64,000 nt of DNA from Nemertoderma westbladi (GCA_032718475.1 JAUCBJ010009149.1:1-64000), one strand, 5' to 3'; positions 12,420 through 26,154 are shown, counted from the stretch's first letter. The notes: generated from the sequence alone by a model not told the origin. Numbers and translations: made by a program.

Positions 12420-13938
12420 GCTAGGTGGCGCTGCAAATTTATGCTAATTTTTAGGTTTTTTATAAATAGTATTAAATTTTATTAACAAAAAATTTCGAAA
12501 AGTTGTCTGATACTTTTATGCAGGGTGGCTATCTAGACACCCACAGGAAGTTTCAGACTAATTACTCAAAAATTGTAGAAGTAGTAGGGTTTTGAAGTTG
12601 ACAATTTCATGAAAAAAATATTTGGAGATAATCGACCTTTCATTATACATAGTAATAGTAATTTCAATAGGATTCCCTAAATGGAAATTTACATAAGTTG
12701 AAAACTAAAAAAGCTATTTAATAGCGGTTTTCAGATTTGGAAACACCATTCAATGGTGCATTATAATAGACCATAAAAAAAATTCGACATATTTTGGACC
12801 CCCCCCCCCCCCCCCCTTAAAACTCATTTCACTCCAGGGGAAAATCGAAGCAAATAACAGCTTATTAATCCCAAAAATATAACTGCATCCTATTCTATTA
12901 ACTTTAGTTTATTGATTGGGTCAGTAACGTGCCCCTGTAATCTGCTCCTTTCCTAAAATTGACAATTTAACATTGAGGCGAAATATTAAATCTATTTGGA
13001 AAAACTTATAAAACCTAAGGGTTTTTCTAAAATCCTAAGCAAAAAACCTAAACCCATTGTTTTTTTTTTTAAACTTTGCATTTTAAAATTCTAGTACTTT
13101 TCCTACACAATAATACAGTATTCTGTAGCATTTAAATTATGTATGAATATCAACCTAATTCGTAATATTATATAAGAATGTAGAGTTCATTGTTGCCCAG
13201 GTACTTGTGAGATAAATTAGTGATCCATAATACTGGATTTACATATAATAAAATAGCTTCGCTCATATGCAAAACAATGCAAATTTCGAACTCACATATC
13301 TCAGATATTTTTCAACGAAATTCAAATCTGTAACAAATTGTGTTACAAATTGTTTACAAATTCAGATTTGTATTCGTATATATTTTTATATTTTTGTATG
13401 TGGATTTGATTCAAAATTGTGTTACTTTTTAGTGTAATAGGGTGGAGGTGGTCGCACAAGCCAAATCTTGCAGTTCGACTTACATTGCAATTTCACTTTT
13501 TAAACTTTTTAAGTGGCCGCAGGCAAAATTTTGCAGGGGGGCGCATGTTGATGTTGCGACGCCACTGCCACTCGACCATGCTTCTCTTGCATACGCTGGG
13601 GCGAAATTGTGGAATAATATTCCTGAATATATGTACCATTAATTCTAAATGACTGTTTAAAAACAATTTAACTAACGAATTATTCAAACAGAAAAACCCG
13701 TATATATACTGTAAGTACTACAGTACTTTGCAAATAATACATAATAACCAATATTAAAATTGAGCTTTTATTACTGTACAATAATGGCGCTGGAGGGGGG
13801 TGTAGTTTGGGCATATAAACAGATCGTGTTGCTGATCATCTTCATAATCATATCATCCATAGCAGACTTCACATTTTAGGGCGACCGGCACCGAATTCCA
13901 CCGCCAACTCGCATTGTGACAAGGCGACGTCCTCGTTC
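12420..13938 (+). repeat. ~1.5-kb repeat, copy 1 (possibly Helitron/Helentron-derived, non-autonomous)
   Basis: Near-identical to 23745-25258; ends ...ggcgacgtcCTCGTT; no coding capacity. The superfamily call is tentative. Confidence 0.85.
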
Positions 13939-14647
13939 ATCAACATAAATTTGTCAGTTTTTAAATCACATTAAATATAATGTGCAATTAGAAGCATATA
14001 CTACAGTATAACAATGCATTAAGTAAATAAAACAAATTAAACGAAATGAAATAAAAAGTCAAAATCAGAGGACACAATGAGTGATTTCAACGGAGAAGAA
14101 AAAAGTATTGTGTCATTTAACATTGAGACGAAATATTAACCCCCCCACCTTGTCTCGCTGAATTAGTAGTAGCCTAAAGCATCAATCAATAATCAGTCAG
14201 ACAGTAAATAAATGTATAAATGTAAATAATTTAATTATTAATAAATTATAAATTCAATTAATTAAATAAATTATTTTTTATAAGTTAGCAGTGTCACGTC
14301 CTTCTATCCAAAACAATAAACTAAGGTAATTAGAACAGATTACAGTTTTATTTTGGGAGTAATCAGCTGTTACTTGCCCTGGAGAATCATTATTTTTTAT
14401 TGCGTCGAAAGTTAACATCAACAGTTAATGTAAATAGTAGAACCGACAGTAATACTATCAGTAGTGCAACCCAGTACTTTCTGTAATGCCGACAGTGATG
14501 TTTTACAACCTAATTTTACAAGTTTCACATTCATGGTTTATCCTACTCCTTAATTTAAATACGCCACTGTTCAATTATTCAATTTTTGAAAAAATTGAAC
14601 GAGGGTTGTGTGTGGCGAATATCAAAAAAGTGGTTGAAAATTTGATC

Positions 14648-14922
14648 TCCCCCCTCCATCCTCCTCCCTCCCGGCCTCCCCCTCCTCCCTCCTCCCTCCC
14701 CCCTCCTCCCTCCCGGCCTCCCCCTCCTCCCTCCTCCCTCCCCCCTCCTCCCTCCCGGCCTCCCCCTCCTCCCTCCTGGCCTCCCCCTTCCTCCCTCCCG
14801 GCCTCCCCTCCCTCCTCCTCCCTCCCGCCCCCCCTCCTCCCTCCCGGCCTCCCCTCCCCCCTCCTCCCTCCCGGCCTCCCCCTCCCCCCTCCCGGCCTCC
14901 CCCTCCCTCCCTCTCCCTCCCC
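14648..14922. repeat. C/T-rich low-complexity tract (cctccc / ccggcctccc units)
   Basis: Almost pure pyrimidine on the + strand. Confidence 0.9.
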
Positions 14923-15004
14923 AGCGTGAATCTCAAACGTTACCACAATAAAACTGTCGAATGCAACTCTATTAAACAAGCAGTAAAGTAAAGTGATCGG
15001 TGAA

Positions 15005-15075
15005 CGTGTGAATCACCGGAGGCAACCCGAAGACTCCTTTCTCTTGGCTGTTACCTATAAGGCAGGGAGGCCGCC
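15005..15075. repeat. Fragment of a SINE-like repeat shared with 18786-18842
   Basis: cacc.gaggcaacccgaa.actcct.tct...taaggcagg is present at both sites. Confidence 0.45.
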
Positions 15076-16796
15076 ACTCTAACTCCCAAGATTGAACACT
15101 CTATAATTATTCAACCCATTGCACCATTGGGTTCGCTTCCCTTATGCGTGTAATAATTATTTTAATATTTATCGGGAAGATATCAATATGGGTGCAAAGT
15201 ACAGTGCAGTAAAGGTTAAAATTGTACCGAGAGTGAGTGACAGACAATAGTCAAATAAAAAAATTGTTTCAATAATCTAGCATTTTTCATTTTCCATTCA
15301 TCACTGTTTGTTTTGAGTATAGGAGTGCGAACCAATCTAATTACTTGGTGGGATAAATATTTCTCCATTTGACGCAACACCGCCGCGGCCGCTATGAGGG
15401 AGGTGAATACCGCGGCCGCTCCTAAAGCCGCAGGCCCTCGCTAACTATATAGGTTAACTTGGGATTCTGGGGGACTTTTCGATGAAGGAACTGACCAATT
15501 TTTTTTATTTTCTCACCAGGGGAGCGGCTCGGAATTCTAAGATATTAGCAACTCTAACATTATGAAATCTAACCCTTCGACGGACACGGCGGACAAAAAA
15601 CCGTCATTTTTTCGACAATTTTAAAATTTTTTTGAAAGGCGCTCTACAGTGGCTCGAAAAAACCCTAGGTTATTGCTTAGCCGACGCCGGGATACGATAG
15701 AAGGGATTAATTAGTGAATTCGTTTTTTTTTTCAAAAAAGATTACCACGCCTTTTTTCCGAAAATGTCCGTCAAAGTTGAAAAAACGGACAAAATGACTT
15801 TGCGGGATCCGCTATAACTCAGCTAATATTAATCGTACGGGGACGAAAGTAACGCGGTTGGAAAGGGGAAGAGTGGTACTACCTTCGTATCGAATGGGGG
15901 TAAGATATTTATTAAAATTTCGGGTGGAAAAAGGGGCTGTAAATTTGTACGTTTTTGTCCGTCTTTTTTGGAAAACTTATTTCCGAAATGTTTAATTCGA
16001 CAACGCGGGTAGGAATCCACTAATTCTTTTATGAAACTCGTAGAAGACCATTGGGGCTACGTTCCTATCGAATGGGGGTACAAAAAATATGTCGGCAATA
16101 GGGGCCAAAAAGGGCCAGAATTTGTAAAGTAGTTTTTATCGAATAATTTTTTATTTTTAACTTTAGTTGGTTAAGGTACATTCTATACAGTCAATATCCA
16201 TACGGGGAATTCAAATATGCTATCGGTTTTGCTCCAAGGATGATATTAAAAAAATGAGGGCCAAAATTATAATTTCGCGCTTCAAACTTGCTTCGCGGGA
16301 AATCGTCTAGCTCGAAAACTACTTAACTTACGGGAGATTTGTTTACACAGACTTATAGTGCGTTAAATTATCTATCTAACAGCGTTAATCACAGCGCTGG
16401 AGGTATTATAAAACTGGAGCGGCAGGCGATCGTGTGAAATATAATATTTATAAAAAGGGACGAAAAATTTTTTTTTTAACAAATCGCTATTCCATTATAA
16501 TTTAGCGTATTGCGCCAAAAGTACCTGTAAAAAGTATCAAATTAACTCCGCTATCTTTTATCTTAACATATATAATTAAAATTACGAATTTTAAGGGTCG
16601 AAAAATATCGCGTTATTTTGGCCCTTTTTTTTAATTTTTTTGGGGCCAAAAATAACCCCTTCTCAAAAGATTAAGAAAAAAATTACGGCAAAGAATATAC
16701 CAATTTTATTGAATTTGGACCACCAGAAGCGAAGTTAGAGCGATTTTAGTGAAAAAATAAAAATAATTTTTTTTGCAAAAAAATTAAGAATGGTCA

Positions 16797-16869
16797 GGTC
16801 AATATTGGGTTTCGAACCCACGAACTTAGGTTTCATTAACGTGATTGATAACCACTAGACTATGTGACC
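16797..16869 (-). pseudogene. tRNA-derived sequence (degenerate tRNA or SINE head)
   Basis: 73 nt: GGTCA..TGACC ends, A box TAGTCTAGTGG, B box GGTTCGAAACC; the stems are imperfect. Confidence 0.6.
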
Positions 16870-18699
16870 AAGAGAATACGAAATTTTCGAGTGACTATTT
16901 TTAAACATAAATAACTTCGGTTCTACAGGGCCGTTTAATCTGAAACTTTTTTCATTGGATAGAGAATAGATTGTAGTGTGTGAAATAGGATACAACTTGG
17001 GAAAAGACGCATGTGCACTTAGTGCAAAATGCACTTAAATAGTGAACATTTTTTCGATATTTCAAACACTATTATTTCCAGTTCTATTCATCGTAGAATG
17101 TTATTTTTTGGATTAAAATGTAGTTTGGAATGATTTCTAACTATAATCGTAACATTTGTTTAACTTTTTATGTCTATAAAGTGACTTAAAATGTCCATGA
17201 ATATGGTCCAAAATCGCAAATCCAGATTTATTAAATTGGATTTTTGACACTTTTAGCGACTGACACTTGATCATACACCGTAGATCGGTAGAGGATAAAC
17301 ATAAGTTTGTTAAATAAGAGCCACCATTACGATCTGCTGAAGTGCACTTGTACAAATAAGTGTGCAAAAGTGCAAATTTTTTAATAAGGTCAAATTATAT
17401 AGTATTGGGTTCTTTTCTTTGCAGATACTTTATTTTCATATTAATATGTTGTTTGGCTCTTACTGAGCGCATTAGGGGATATGCGTACAAATAACCGGCC
17501 CTTATGAGGCTTCGATTGGGTAAATTAATAAAACATAAGGTTGTATAGTATAATATTCTAAAAACCAGTGTGATATTAAATGCACTTTAAATAATAAATA
17601 GAAATCAAATAACAATTGGACCACACAATTAAAAACTCGCACAATTTTGTACTTATTATATCGCTTCAAATTAATTCAACAGTGGATATTTGGGGGAAGG
17701 GGGAAGTTACAGTGTGTATTCGGGGGAAGTTTGGTGAACTGCATTTATGCAGTGAATCCAAACTTCCCCCTTTGATATATCATATACTTAAGACATGCTA
17801 GGGTGACGGGGAAATATTTGTTACTGTCACACTTTGCTTCCATTTATCCTATCCTTTATTATTACCCCAGTCAGATAAGAGATAATAAATCAGTAAAAAC
17901 TAAACTAAACTGTCTTTCATGCAAACAAATTTCTAACTAAAGACGGGTGAATGACCATGACCATGGAAATAATTTTAAATATAATTGTATATCAACTATT
18001 TGGGGAGGCTTCCAAGTTAAACCCGAAAACAATTATTTTGTTACATAGTAAATAACGTTGTATGTTCTTCTTCCTCTCATAATAAAATATAAATGAAATA
18101 TCTCAGATCGCTATGCCCTGTAACATTTCACAACCAAAATATTTAAGTGTGAAAAGTGTAGGCCTACCACACTCCGCCCAAACAACCGCAAACGCATAGC
18201 CAACAAATTTAACAAAAGGTTACATACATGTTGGGTTCATGACGAGATGAGTGAAAATTGATCGCGTAATATAAAGTAAAAAATTAAGAGACGGGCTGGC
18301 TCTCCTCCACTTTCTTACCCAATGGATATGTTGTTGTAATAATCTAATATTGGGGCGGCTTTCTCTCGTTATATTATTAACATAAAGCTGCTTATTTATA
18401 AATTCATCGGCTATCATAGAATGCTTCTTTGTAGCATATGTTGGCCTGCTATTTATCGTGTTGTAAACGATATAATATACATGATGGCCTAATTGACCAA
18501 ATAATCATTGATCTTATGCAGAAATAATACATTATTTTATTAGAGTGACTTTGATCACAGTAATAATTCATGTGTATAATACCAGAGATTATATTGTATT
18601 GCAATAGTCATCTTTCTCGTGGTTTTAATATTTACATATAAATCAATCTTTTCATTCGGAAGCAACACCTGTTTACATACATGATAAGCATACACAAGG

Positions 18700-19015
18700 C
18701 GCAATACGGATAGAACATTGGTCAGTACCGCCTTGGCATTTATTATACCTTATCCGTCCGGGTTCGGTGGACTTCATCAAAACACGAACCACCTGAGGCA
18801 ACCCGAATACTCCTCTCTTTACTTGTAAGGCAGGAAGGGCCCACACCCCCCACACTAGCTCCCAAGGGTGAGTGCTCTTACTATCCCGCCCACATTTACT
18901 CCCCCAGAAATATGCCACATTTCCATTACAACTGGATGTCTGAAGACGATGGGATGTTTATTTTCTGGGGCCCATCGAACTTCCAGGTTGGATTACTGAT
19001 GCTCTAACCACCTGA
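18700..19015 (-). mobile_element. Degraded tRNA-headed SINE-like element
   Basis: Minus strand reads caggtggttagagcatc...gttcgatg (A/B-box-like); the body is shared with 15005-15075. Confidence 0.35.
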
Positions 19016-19449
19016 ACAACATAAAACTGTAAACAAATGTCCTAGAAAGAAATACATAGTGTATCACTTAAGTAAGACACGACTCTCATTTTTTCTTTGA
19101 CACGACCTTCTCTATCTTTTATACAAATCTTATAACTTAATTAAATTGCATGAAAAAGGAAACATGATAGTTTTGGTAACCCTATTTATGCAGACACGGC
19201 AGACAAAAGCCAAGGAAATACGTGTAACATTTTGGACGCCCATGTTACGGCAATCGTTTAACCAGTAGTTTATATTTATTTCTTATTCCATAAACTCCTT
19301 GTACTCAATCAAATTCAATAAAATAGAAACTTCCAAACATGCCTCACAGTTTCTCGTGATTATCATGTCGTGAATCTATCACACTTCAACAATTTAAGAA
19401 TTCGGGCGCTGTGCGTCTGTGCGTGCATATGGATAACGCACCTTATAAT

Positions 19450-19975
19450 TGATTCATTATTGTAAGTAAGCTGGTCACATAAGGATACGTCAGAAACCTA
19501 AAGTTCGACTACTTAGACTCCTATATATGGGAGTCCATGATATGGGTTCTAACTGAGTTCAAGTACAATCAATGCACACATCTGCAACCAGACACTATAT
19601 AACATTAGAGTTCTCATTGGACCCCCAAGCTTGCGCCTTGGAACTGAGCCTCCTCCGTTTCGTAGGACATTTATTTTTTCGTGAAGACCAGCCTGTACAC
19701 AGTCTTGCGCTTTGGCAGCCTATTGGAAAACATAAGCAACGTGGACAGTTCTTAAGATGCTTCTTAAAGGACACTGGCCTTGATGATGCGGATAATCTCG
19801 CGAAAGTCACGGGGGATAGGGAGTTGTGGTGGCAGGCATCAGTACGGGGATTTATCGCAGCACATAGTATCAGCATCGCATCGCACAGGGCACAGGTGAT
19901 TTTCTCGGCGTTCGGCGGGATGTCACCAACCACCCAGAAACTTTTTAAGCATCTGAGTTTAAAACTCAGAAAAAC
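19450..19975 (+). pseudogene. Degraded non-LTR retrotransposon 3' fragments (RTE-like C-terminus, then a REL-endonuclease-like piece)
   Basis: LRFVGH..RE..LWQP..G..RG..LKDTGL..DRELW, followed by IFSAFGGMSP..KL.KHL. Confidence 0.55.
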
Positions 19976-21706
19976 CAATTGTTGTCATGGTCAATGAAAG
20001 AAAGATAACAACCGGTTTAAATAGGGAAATAATTAGTGAAGTAGACGATTAGTGAACATGTCAAAGGTTATTCCGACCTATGAATCAAGTTTTAAAAGAA
20101 GCTTTCTGTAACAAAGATGGAAAAGGTTGTTGTTTCCTATCGCAGGTGGTAAAATTTAAGTTAGCCAATGATTGTTACTGGACCCTGAGATCGGATGTTT
20201 GCTTACGGAACCCAGCAATGAATAGATGTATTGCAATTTCAAGATTACTCGTACTAGGGCCTGCCTATCCAACCAAGATATGAACCCTGCACAATGGATT
20301 TGAATAATTGTGGTGTAGTATGAGGCCTAATCCAATCACAAGTTTCCACAATAAAATTAGCCCAATAGATTACGGTTAGGCATTGCATTGCTATATGCGA
20401 TTGGCTGTATCGCAAAACTACGTCACCGTTATCTTACTTAACATTATATTGTTGTTTAATTAAGTATTACATAAATTTGGCTCACACTAACCAAAGCTTA
20501 ATATATTTGAAAAATTTGGATTTTACTAGCTATATATTTATTTTTAACTTATTGAAAAATTATAAATATCCCCGCTTTTGATTTAATCAAGTAATATATA
20601 TTACTTTATATTACAGCAGTGATTCCTTTATGAACATTCGTTTTAATTTGGTATTTTAAAATTAAAATTAGTTTTAAATTAAACTTCCGTTATTCGAGGA
20701 AGATTTGTTAGGTAGACATATTTTATGAATTGACAGATCCTTTCACTCAATAAGAAATGTCCAACCAAGCACAAACATCGCAAGGTTACAGTTGCATAGC
20801 AACTGGTTCTGGTCTATATCACATTCAACCAGGTGAGATTTTAACTAAGTTAATGAAAAGAACGGTTTGTATATCTTAGATAGCTATAACCTTCCTTTAG
20901 GTGCGTTGATTATTTGACATGGGTGTATTTGTATTTTATGTAAGAAATTGTAAAATACATCTTCATTTCAGTGAGAAATCAAAAAAAATATACGACACAT
21001 AGAGATACTACTGTAGAATGTTTTTCTAAATAATAAGTTAACTTGTGTAGAGGAAAAATTATTTACAGAAATGGAATTCTCGCATATAATAGCAGTAAAT
21101 CACATGAGAGCTAAGAATTTCAAAAATGTAAAATTACACAATCCCTTAAAGATTATCGACAAATAAATTATTTATTACAAAATCAAACGTAACAATTAAA
21201 TACACTATAAGCAACTTTATATATTTTTATATATTTATTATATATATTTATAGATTTTAGATTTTCGTCTGTAGCTAAATTATACACTTCCGAGTTATAC
21301 ATTTCCGAAACACTCTAAATTATACATTTCCGAGATAATTGCCTTCAAAGTTTAAACCTCCCCGCTCAAAACTATCTGTCTGGGCCTCTGGGATCTCGTT
21401 GGTTAATAAAGTCTAGCACGAGGGAAGCACACCACCGATCAAGATAACCAGATGATATCATAATTAAATTTAATTAATGCTCATTAAAATCCGAATGAAT
21501 ATAAAATGTGGCTTTATTTCCCGGCGGGATATAAGTTGTTGAATATAAATAACTTTATATATCGTATACCTCGCACATCACATATCGCCTACTAGTCTAC
21601 TTCGTAAAATACCGGTACATCACTGAAGTGTTCAACTAACAGGCCTCTGGTTGTTACCATAAAATCCATATCATAATAAATTCAGCACATATTAAGTTTG
21701 GGATAG

Positions 21707-22084
21707 TTACCGGTAGTAGGCGGCTTTCGTATAATATATTGGACGTGACGCGTCGTGTTGGTACAGACTGTGGCTCAACTCCTGGCGAGCTGTCTGCAGC
21801 TGCTGCCGCAAGGTAAACGTGTGCAGCATAACCGCGTCCCATTCGTCCTGTAAGGATTTCAGTATAGCCGGGATGCTGGTAGCGGAAGGAGGTTTCGGTT
21901 TAATCGACGGGTTCGTTTTTATCTCGACTAACATGTCAATGGTTAGAGGCTCGCCGTTTATAGGGTCGCATCCGTTCTCCGCAATGAATTTCTCGATGAG
22001 TCGATGTTCGAACACGCAGTTCGAGGTGGGAGAAACAACTGGCTTGTCTGGTACTTCGTGTGATATCGAGCAATACAAGGCCAT
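21707..22084 (-). CDS. PRPF19: Pre-mRNA-processing factor 19, N-terminal fragment (U-box + coiled coil; no WD40 in the window)
   Basis: [32 protein letters not shown] and [47 protein letters not shown] are diagnostic. Homology ends after QHDAS. Confidence 0.85.
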   Translation of the reverse strand: MALYCSISHEVPDKPVVSPTSNCVFEHRLIEKFIAENGCDPINGEPLTIDMLVEIKTNPSIKPKPPSATSIPAILKSLQDEWDAVMLHTFTLRQQLQTARQELSHSLYQHDASRPIYYTKAAYYR

Positions 22085-22440
22085 TATTGCAGTATTGCTG
22101 TATTGATTGCGAATCCGGTCTGTCCGGTAGGCTACAGTATTACTGTATTACCTGATTCCTGATTACAGGATTTACTGCAGTACTTCTGGCAGCTGATACC
22201 AGATACTGTGAAAAATAACACTACAATTGTACAACAGGATTGTAGAATAACCAATAACAGAATAACGTAACTGCAGACTCAGAGACTGGCAGAACTGGGG
22301 TGATACTGCAGTACTACCTAATGCTGTAATGTAGTCTGGTTAGTGTAGGTAGGAGGGCAGTAGGGGGCAAGGAAATCAGAGGGGTAACATATCGCAGTAT
22401 AGGCCTACTTATGCTATACACTTAGTATCACTAGCAGACT

Positions 22441-22585
22441 AGTACCGGTAGCCTGATGGCAGGAGCCAGGTGCCAGGAGGGAGGTTGCAGGAGTGCAGTA
22501 CCGGTAGCCTGATCAGCTGATGGCAGGAGGGAGGTTGCAGGAGTGCCAGTGCAGTACTGGGTAGCTGATTAAGGAGTGCAGTACT
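22441..22585 (+). repeat. Short imperfect direct repeats
   Basis: agtaccggtagcctgat...ggagggaggttgcaggagtgc occurs twice, plus a degenerate third copy. Confidence 0.6.
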
Positions 22586-23737
22586 ATGGGTACCTAACGT
22601 GATACGTAATACGTGATACCGGTACCTGTGATTAATTACAAACTGAACTATATATTATATTATAGGCGTATTCATATCTAACACGTAACGAAAAGTATAC
22701 TGAGTTATTCAACCCTCTCCAGAGGGAAATCGACGAAAATAACAGCTCCAACAGCTGAAAAATAAAACTATGTTCTATTGACTTTGGTTTATTGTTTTGG
22801 TTATAATTATCGTGTCACTGTAACGTAACATTAATATTCTCCTTCAACCTAATCGTAAATTTCCGACGGACATGAATTTCCGTCCGTTTTATATGAATAT
22901 TTTTATGATGACATGACTGACTTTTCAAAATCTTTTCAACGTGTAGGACTAAGAAAGATTCATCGATATCATAGAAGAGCCGCAGAAACAAACAAATTTT
23001 TTATATAGTACCTCGGAAATAAACTACCACTCGACAGGGGCGTCGCAGCCACCCCTGCGTGGGGGCGCAGCCGATTTCTTACAAAGACGTAGTTTAATTG
23101 CTCGGCGAAAAATAAAGGACAAAATATAAATAATCCTATAGAAGGTTAATAATTTCCACAATTACTTTTTATTACCTCTTCAACAAGAGTATGATAACAT
23201 GATAATATTTTGTAACATTGGAAGGACCCAAGTACAATAGTTAAGTAGAACCACCGCAAAGTGTTGGTGCCGACGGAAAACTGTCCATGCAATTCCAAAT
23301 AATATGTAACAAACTTATTTTCTTTGTGGAATAGCAGAGCTGGAAACGCCTGGAAATGTTTTTTAGATATTGTGGCTTGTGCAGAAAGGTTGGGGGGGGG
23401 GGGGGGGGGGGGGGGGGTTCGGCGCAATTAACCATACACCATTTTCGGACAACTCTTCGATTTATCACTCTCAGGGTTTCAAAATTGTTTGGTTTTGGTT
23501 AAAATTTGGCATATACAGTAGGTGCATAAGATGCTATTCTACATGACAGGTCAGAAAAACAATTTTTTTTCGCTATTTAATATTAGTTAATACTAGTTAA
23601 CAATAAAAAAACTTGGTTGCGCTTAAACCCTAAGGCTTTTACAGTTTTGAACCTAATCACTTGGAAGTGTTTTTATATGATACAGTAGATCAACGATGGG
23701 GCAACATAACTATCAGGCGAAATTTTGTTAAATGATT

Positions 23738-25257
23738 CTGAACCGCTAGGTGGCGCTGCAAATTTATGCTAATTTTTAGGTTTTTTATAAATAGTATTAA
23801 ATTTTATTAACAAAAAATTTCGAAAAGTTGTCTGATACTTTTATGCAGGGTGGCTATCTAGACACCCACAGGAAGTTTCAGACTAATTACTCAAAAATTG
23901 TAGAAGTAGTAGGGTTTTGAAGTTGACAATTTCATGAAAAAAATATTTGGAGATAATCGACCTTTCATTATACATAGTAATAGTAATTTCAATAGGATTC
24001 CCTAAATGGAAATTTACATAAGTTGAAAACTAAAAAAGCTATTTAATAGCGGTTTTCAGATTTGGAAACACCATTCAATGGTGCATTATAATAGACCATA
24101 AAAAAAATTCGACATATTTTGGACCCCCCCCCCCCCCCCCCTTAAAACTCATTTCACTCCAGGGGAAAATCGAAGCAAATAACAGCTTATTAATCCCAAA
24201 AATATAACTGCATCCTATTCTATTAACTTTAGTTTATTGATTGGGTCAGTAACGTGCCCCTGTAATCTGCTCCTTTCCTAAAATTGACAATTTAACATTG
24301 AGGCGAAATATTAAATCTATTTGGAAAAACTTATAAAACCTAAGGGTTTTTCTAAAATCCTAAGCAAAAAACCTAAACCCATTGTTTTTTTTTTTAAACT
24401 TTGCATTTTAAAATTCTAGTACTTTTCCTACACAATAATACAGTATTCTGTAGCATTTAAATTATGTATGAATATCAACCTAATTCGTAATATTATATAA
24501 GAATGTAGAGTTCATTGTTGCCCAGGTACTTGTGAGATAAATTAGTGATCCATAATACTGGATTTACATATAATAAAATAGCTTCGCTCATATGCAAAAC
24601 AATGCAAATTTCGAACTCACATATCTCAGATATTTTTCAACGAAATTCAAATCTGTAACAAATTGTGTTACAAATTGTTTACAAATTCAGATTTGTATTC
24701 GTATATATTTTTATATTTTTGTATGTGGATTTGATTCAAAATTGTGTTACTTTTTAGTGTAATAGGGTGGAGGTGGTCGCACAAGCCAAATCTTGCAGTT
24801 CGACTTACATTGCAATTTCACTTTTTAAACTTTTTAAGTGGCCGCAGGCAAAATTTTGCAGGGGGGCGCATGTTGATGTTGCGACGCCACTGCCACTCGA
24901 CCATGCTTCTCTTGCATACGCTGGGGCGAAATTGTGGAATAATATTCCTGAATATATGTACCATTAATTCTAAATGACTGTTTAAAAACAATTTAACTAA
25001 CGAATTATTCAAACAGAAAAACCCGTATATATACTGTAAGTACTACAGTACTTTGCAAATAATACATCATAACCAATATTAAAATTGAGCTTTTATTACA
25101 ATAATGGCGCTGGAGGGGGGTGTAGTTTGGGCATATAAACAGATCGTGTTGCTGATCATCTTCATAATCATATCATCCATAGCAGACTTCACATTTTAGG
25201 GCGACCGGCACCGAATTCCACCGCCAACTCGCATTGTGACAAGGCGACGTCCTCGTT
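23738..25257 (+). repeat. ~1.5-kb repeat, copy 2 (1520-bp unit)
   Basis: ctgaaccgctaggtggcgctgc...cctcgtt; near-identical to 12420-13938. Confidence 0.9.
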
Positions 25258-26154
25258 CTGAACCGCTAGGTGGCGCTGCAAATTTATGAAAATTTTTAGG
25301 TTTTTTATAAATAGTATTAAATTTTATTAACAAAAAATTTCGAAAAGTTGTCTGATACTTTTATGCAGGGTGGCTATCTAGACACCCACAGGAAGTTTCA
25401 GACTAATTACTCAAAAATTGTAGAAGTAGTAGGGTTTTGAAGTTGACAATTTCATGAAAAAAATATTTGGAGATAATCGACCTTTCATTATACATAGTAA
25501 TAGTAATTTCAATAGGATTCCCTAAATGGAAATTTACATCACTTGAAAACTAAAAAAGCTATTTAATAGCGGTTTTCAGATTTGGAAACACCATTCAATG
25601 GTGCATTATAATAGACCATAAAATAAATTCGACATATTTTGGACACCCCCCCCCCCCCCCCCCCCCCCCCCTTAAAACTCATTCCACTCCAGGGGAAAAT
25701 CGAAGCAAATAACAGCTTATTAATCCTAAAAATATAACTGCATCCTATTCTATTAACTTTAGTTTATTGATTGGGTCAGTAACGTGCCCCTGTAATCTGC
25801 TCCTTTCCTAAAATTGACAATTTAACATTGAGGCAAAATATTAAATCTATTTGGAAAAACTTATAAAACCTAAGGGTTTTTCTAAAATCCTAAGCAAAAA
25901 ACCTAAACCCATTGTTTTTTTTTTTAAACTTTGCATTTTAAAATTCTAGTACTTTTCCTACACAATAATACAGTATTCTGTAGCATTTAAATTATGTATG
26001 AATATCAACCTAATTCGTAATATTATATAAGAATGTAGAGTTCATTGTTGCCCAGGTACTTGTGAGATAAATTAGTGATCCATAATACTGGATTTACATA
26101 TAATAAAATAGCTTCGCTCATATGCAAAACAATACAAATTTCGAACTCCCATAT
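25258..26154 (+). repeat. ~1.5-kb repeat, copy 3 (tandem; cut by the Pao LTR)
   Basis: Head-to-tail with copy 2; stops at gaactcccatat|tgttcg. Confidence 0.9.

Noticed and set aside
13419-13687. Identical 64-77 aa ORFs repeated at 24744-25012
   Set aside because: They recur only because the 1.5-kb repeat is duplicated; non-ATG starts and no motifs.
14486-14979. Pro-rich and Gly/Arg-rich ORFs
   Set aside because: Translations of the C/T low-complexity tract.
15570-15610. piggyBac-like end (taaccctt...)
   Set aside because: No TTAA TSD and no matching inverted end found.
16797-16869. Functional tRNA gene
   Set aside because: Acceptor, anticodon and T stems are mismatched; treated as tRNA-derived.
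23146-23468. Poly-proline ORFs
   Set aside because: Produced by a G homopolymer at ~23393-23417.
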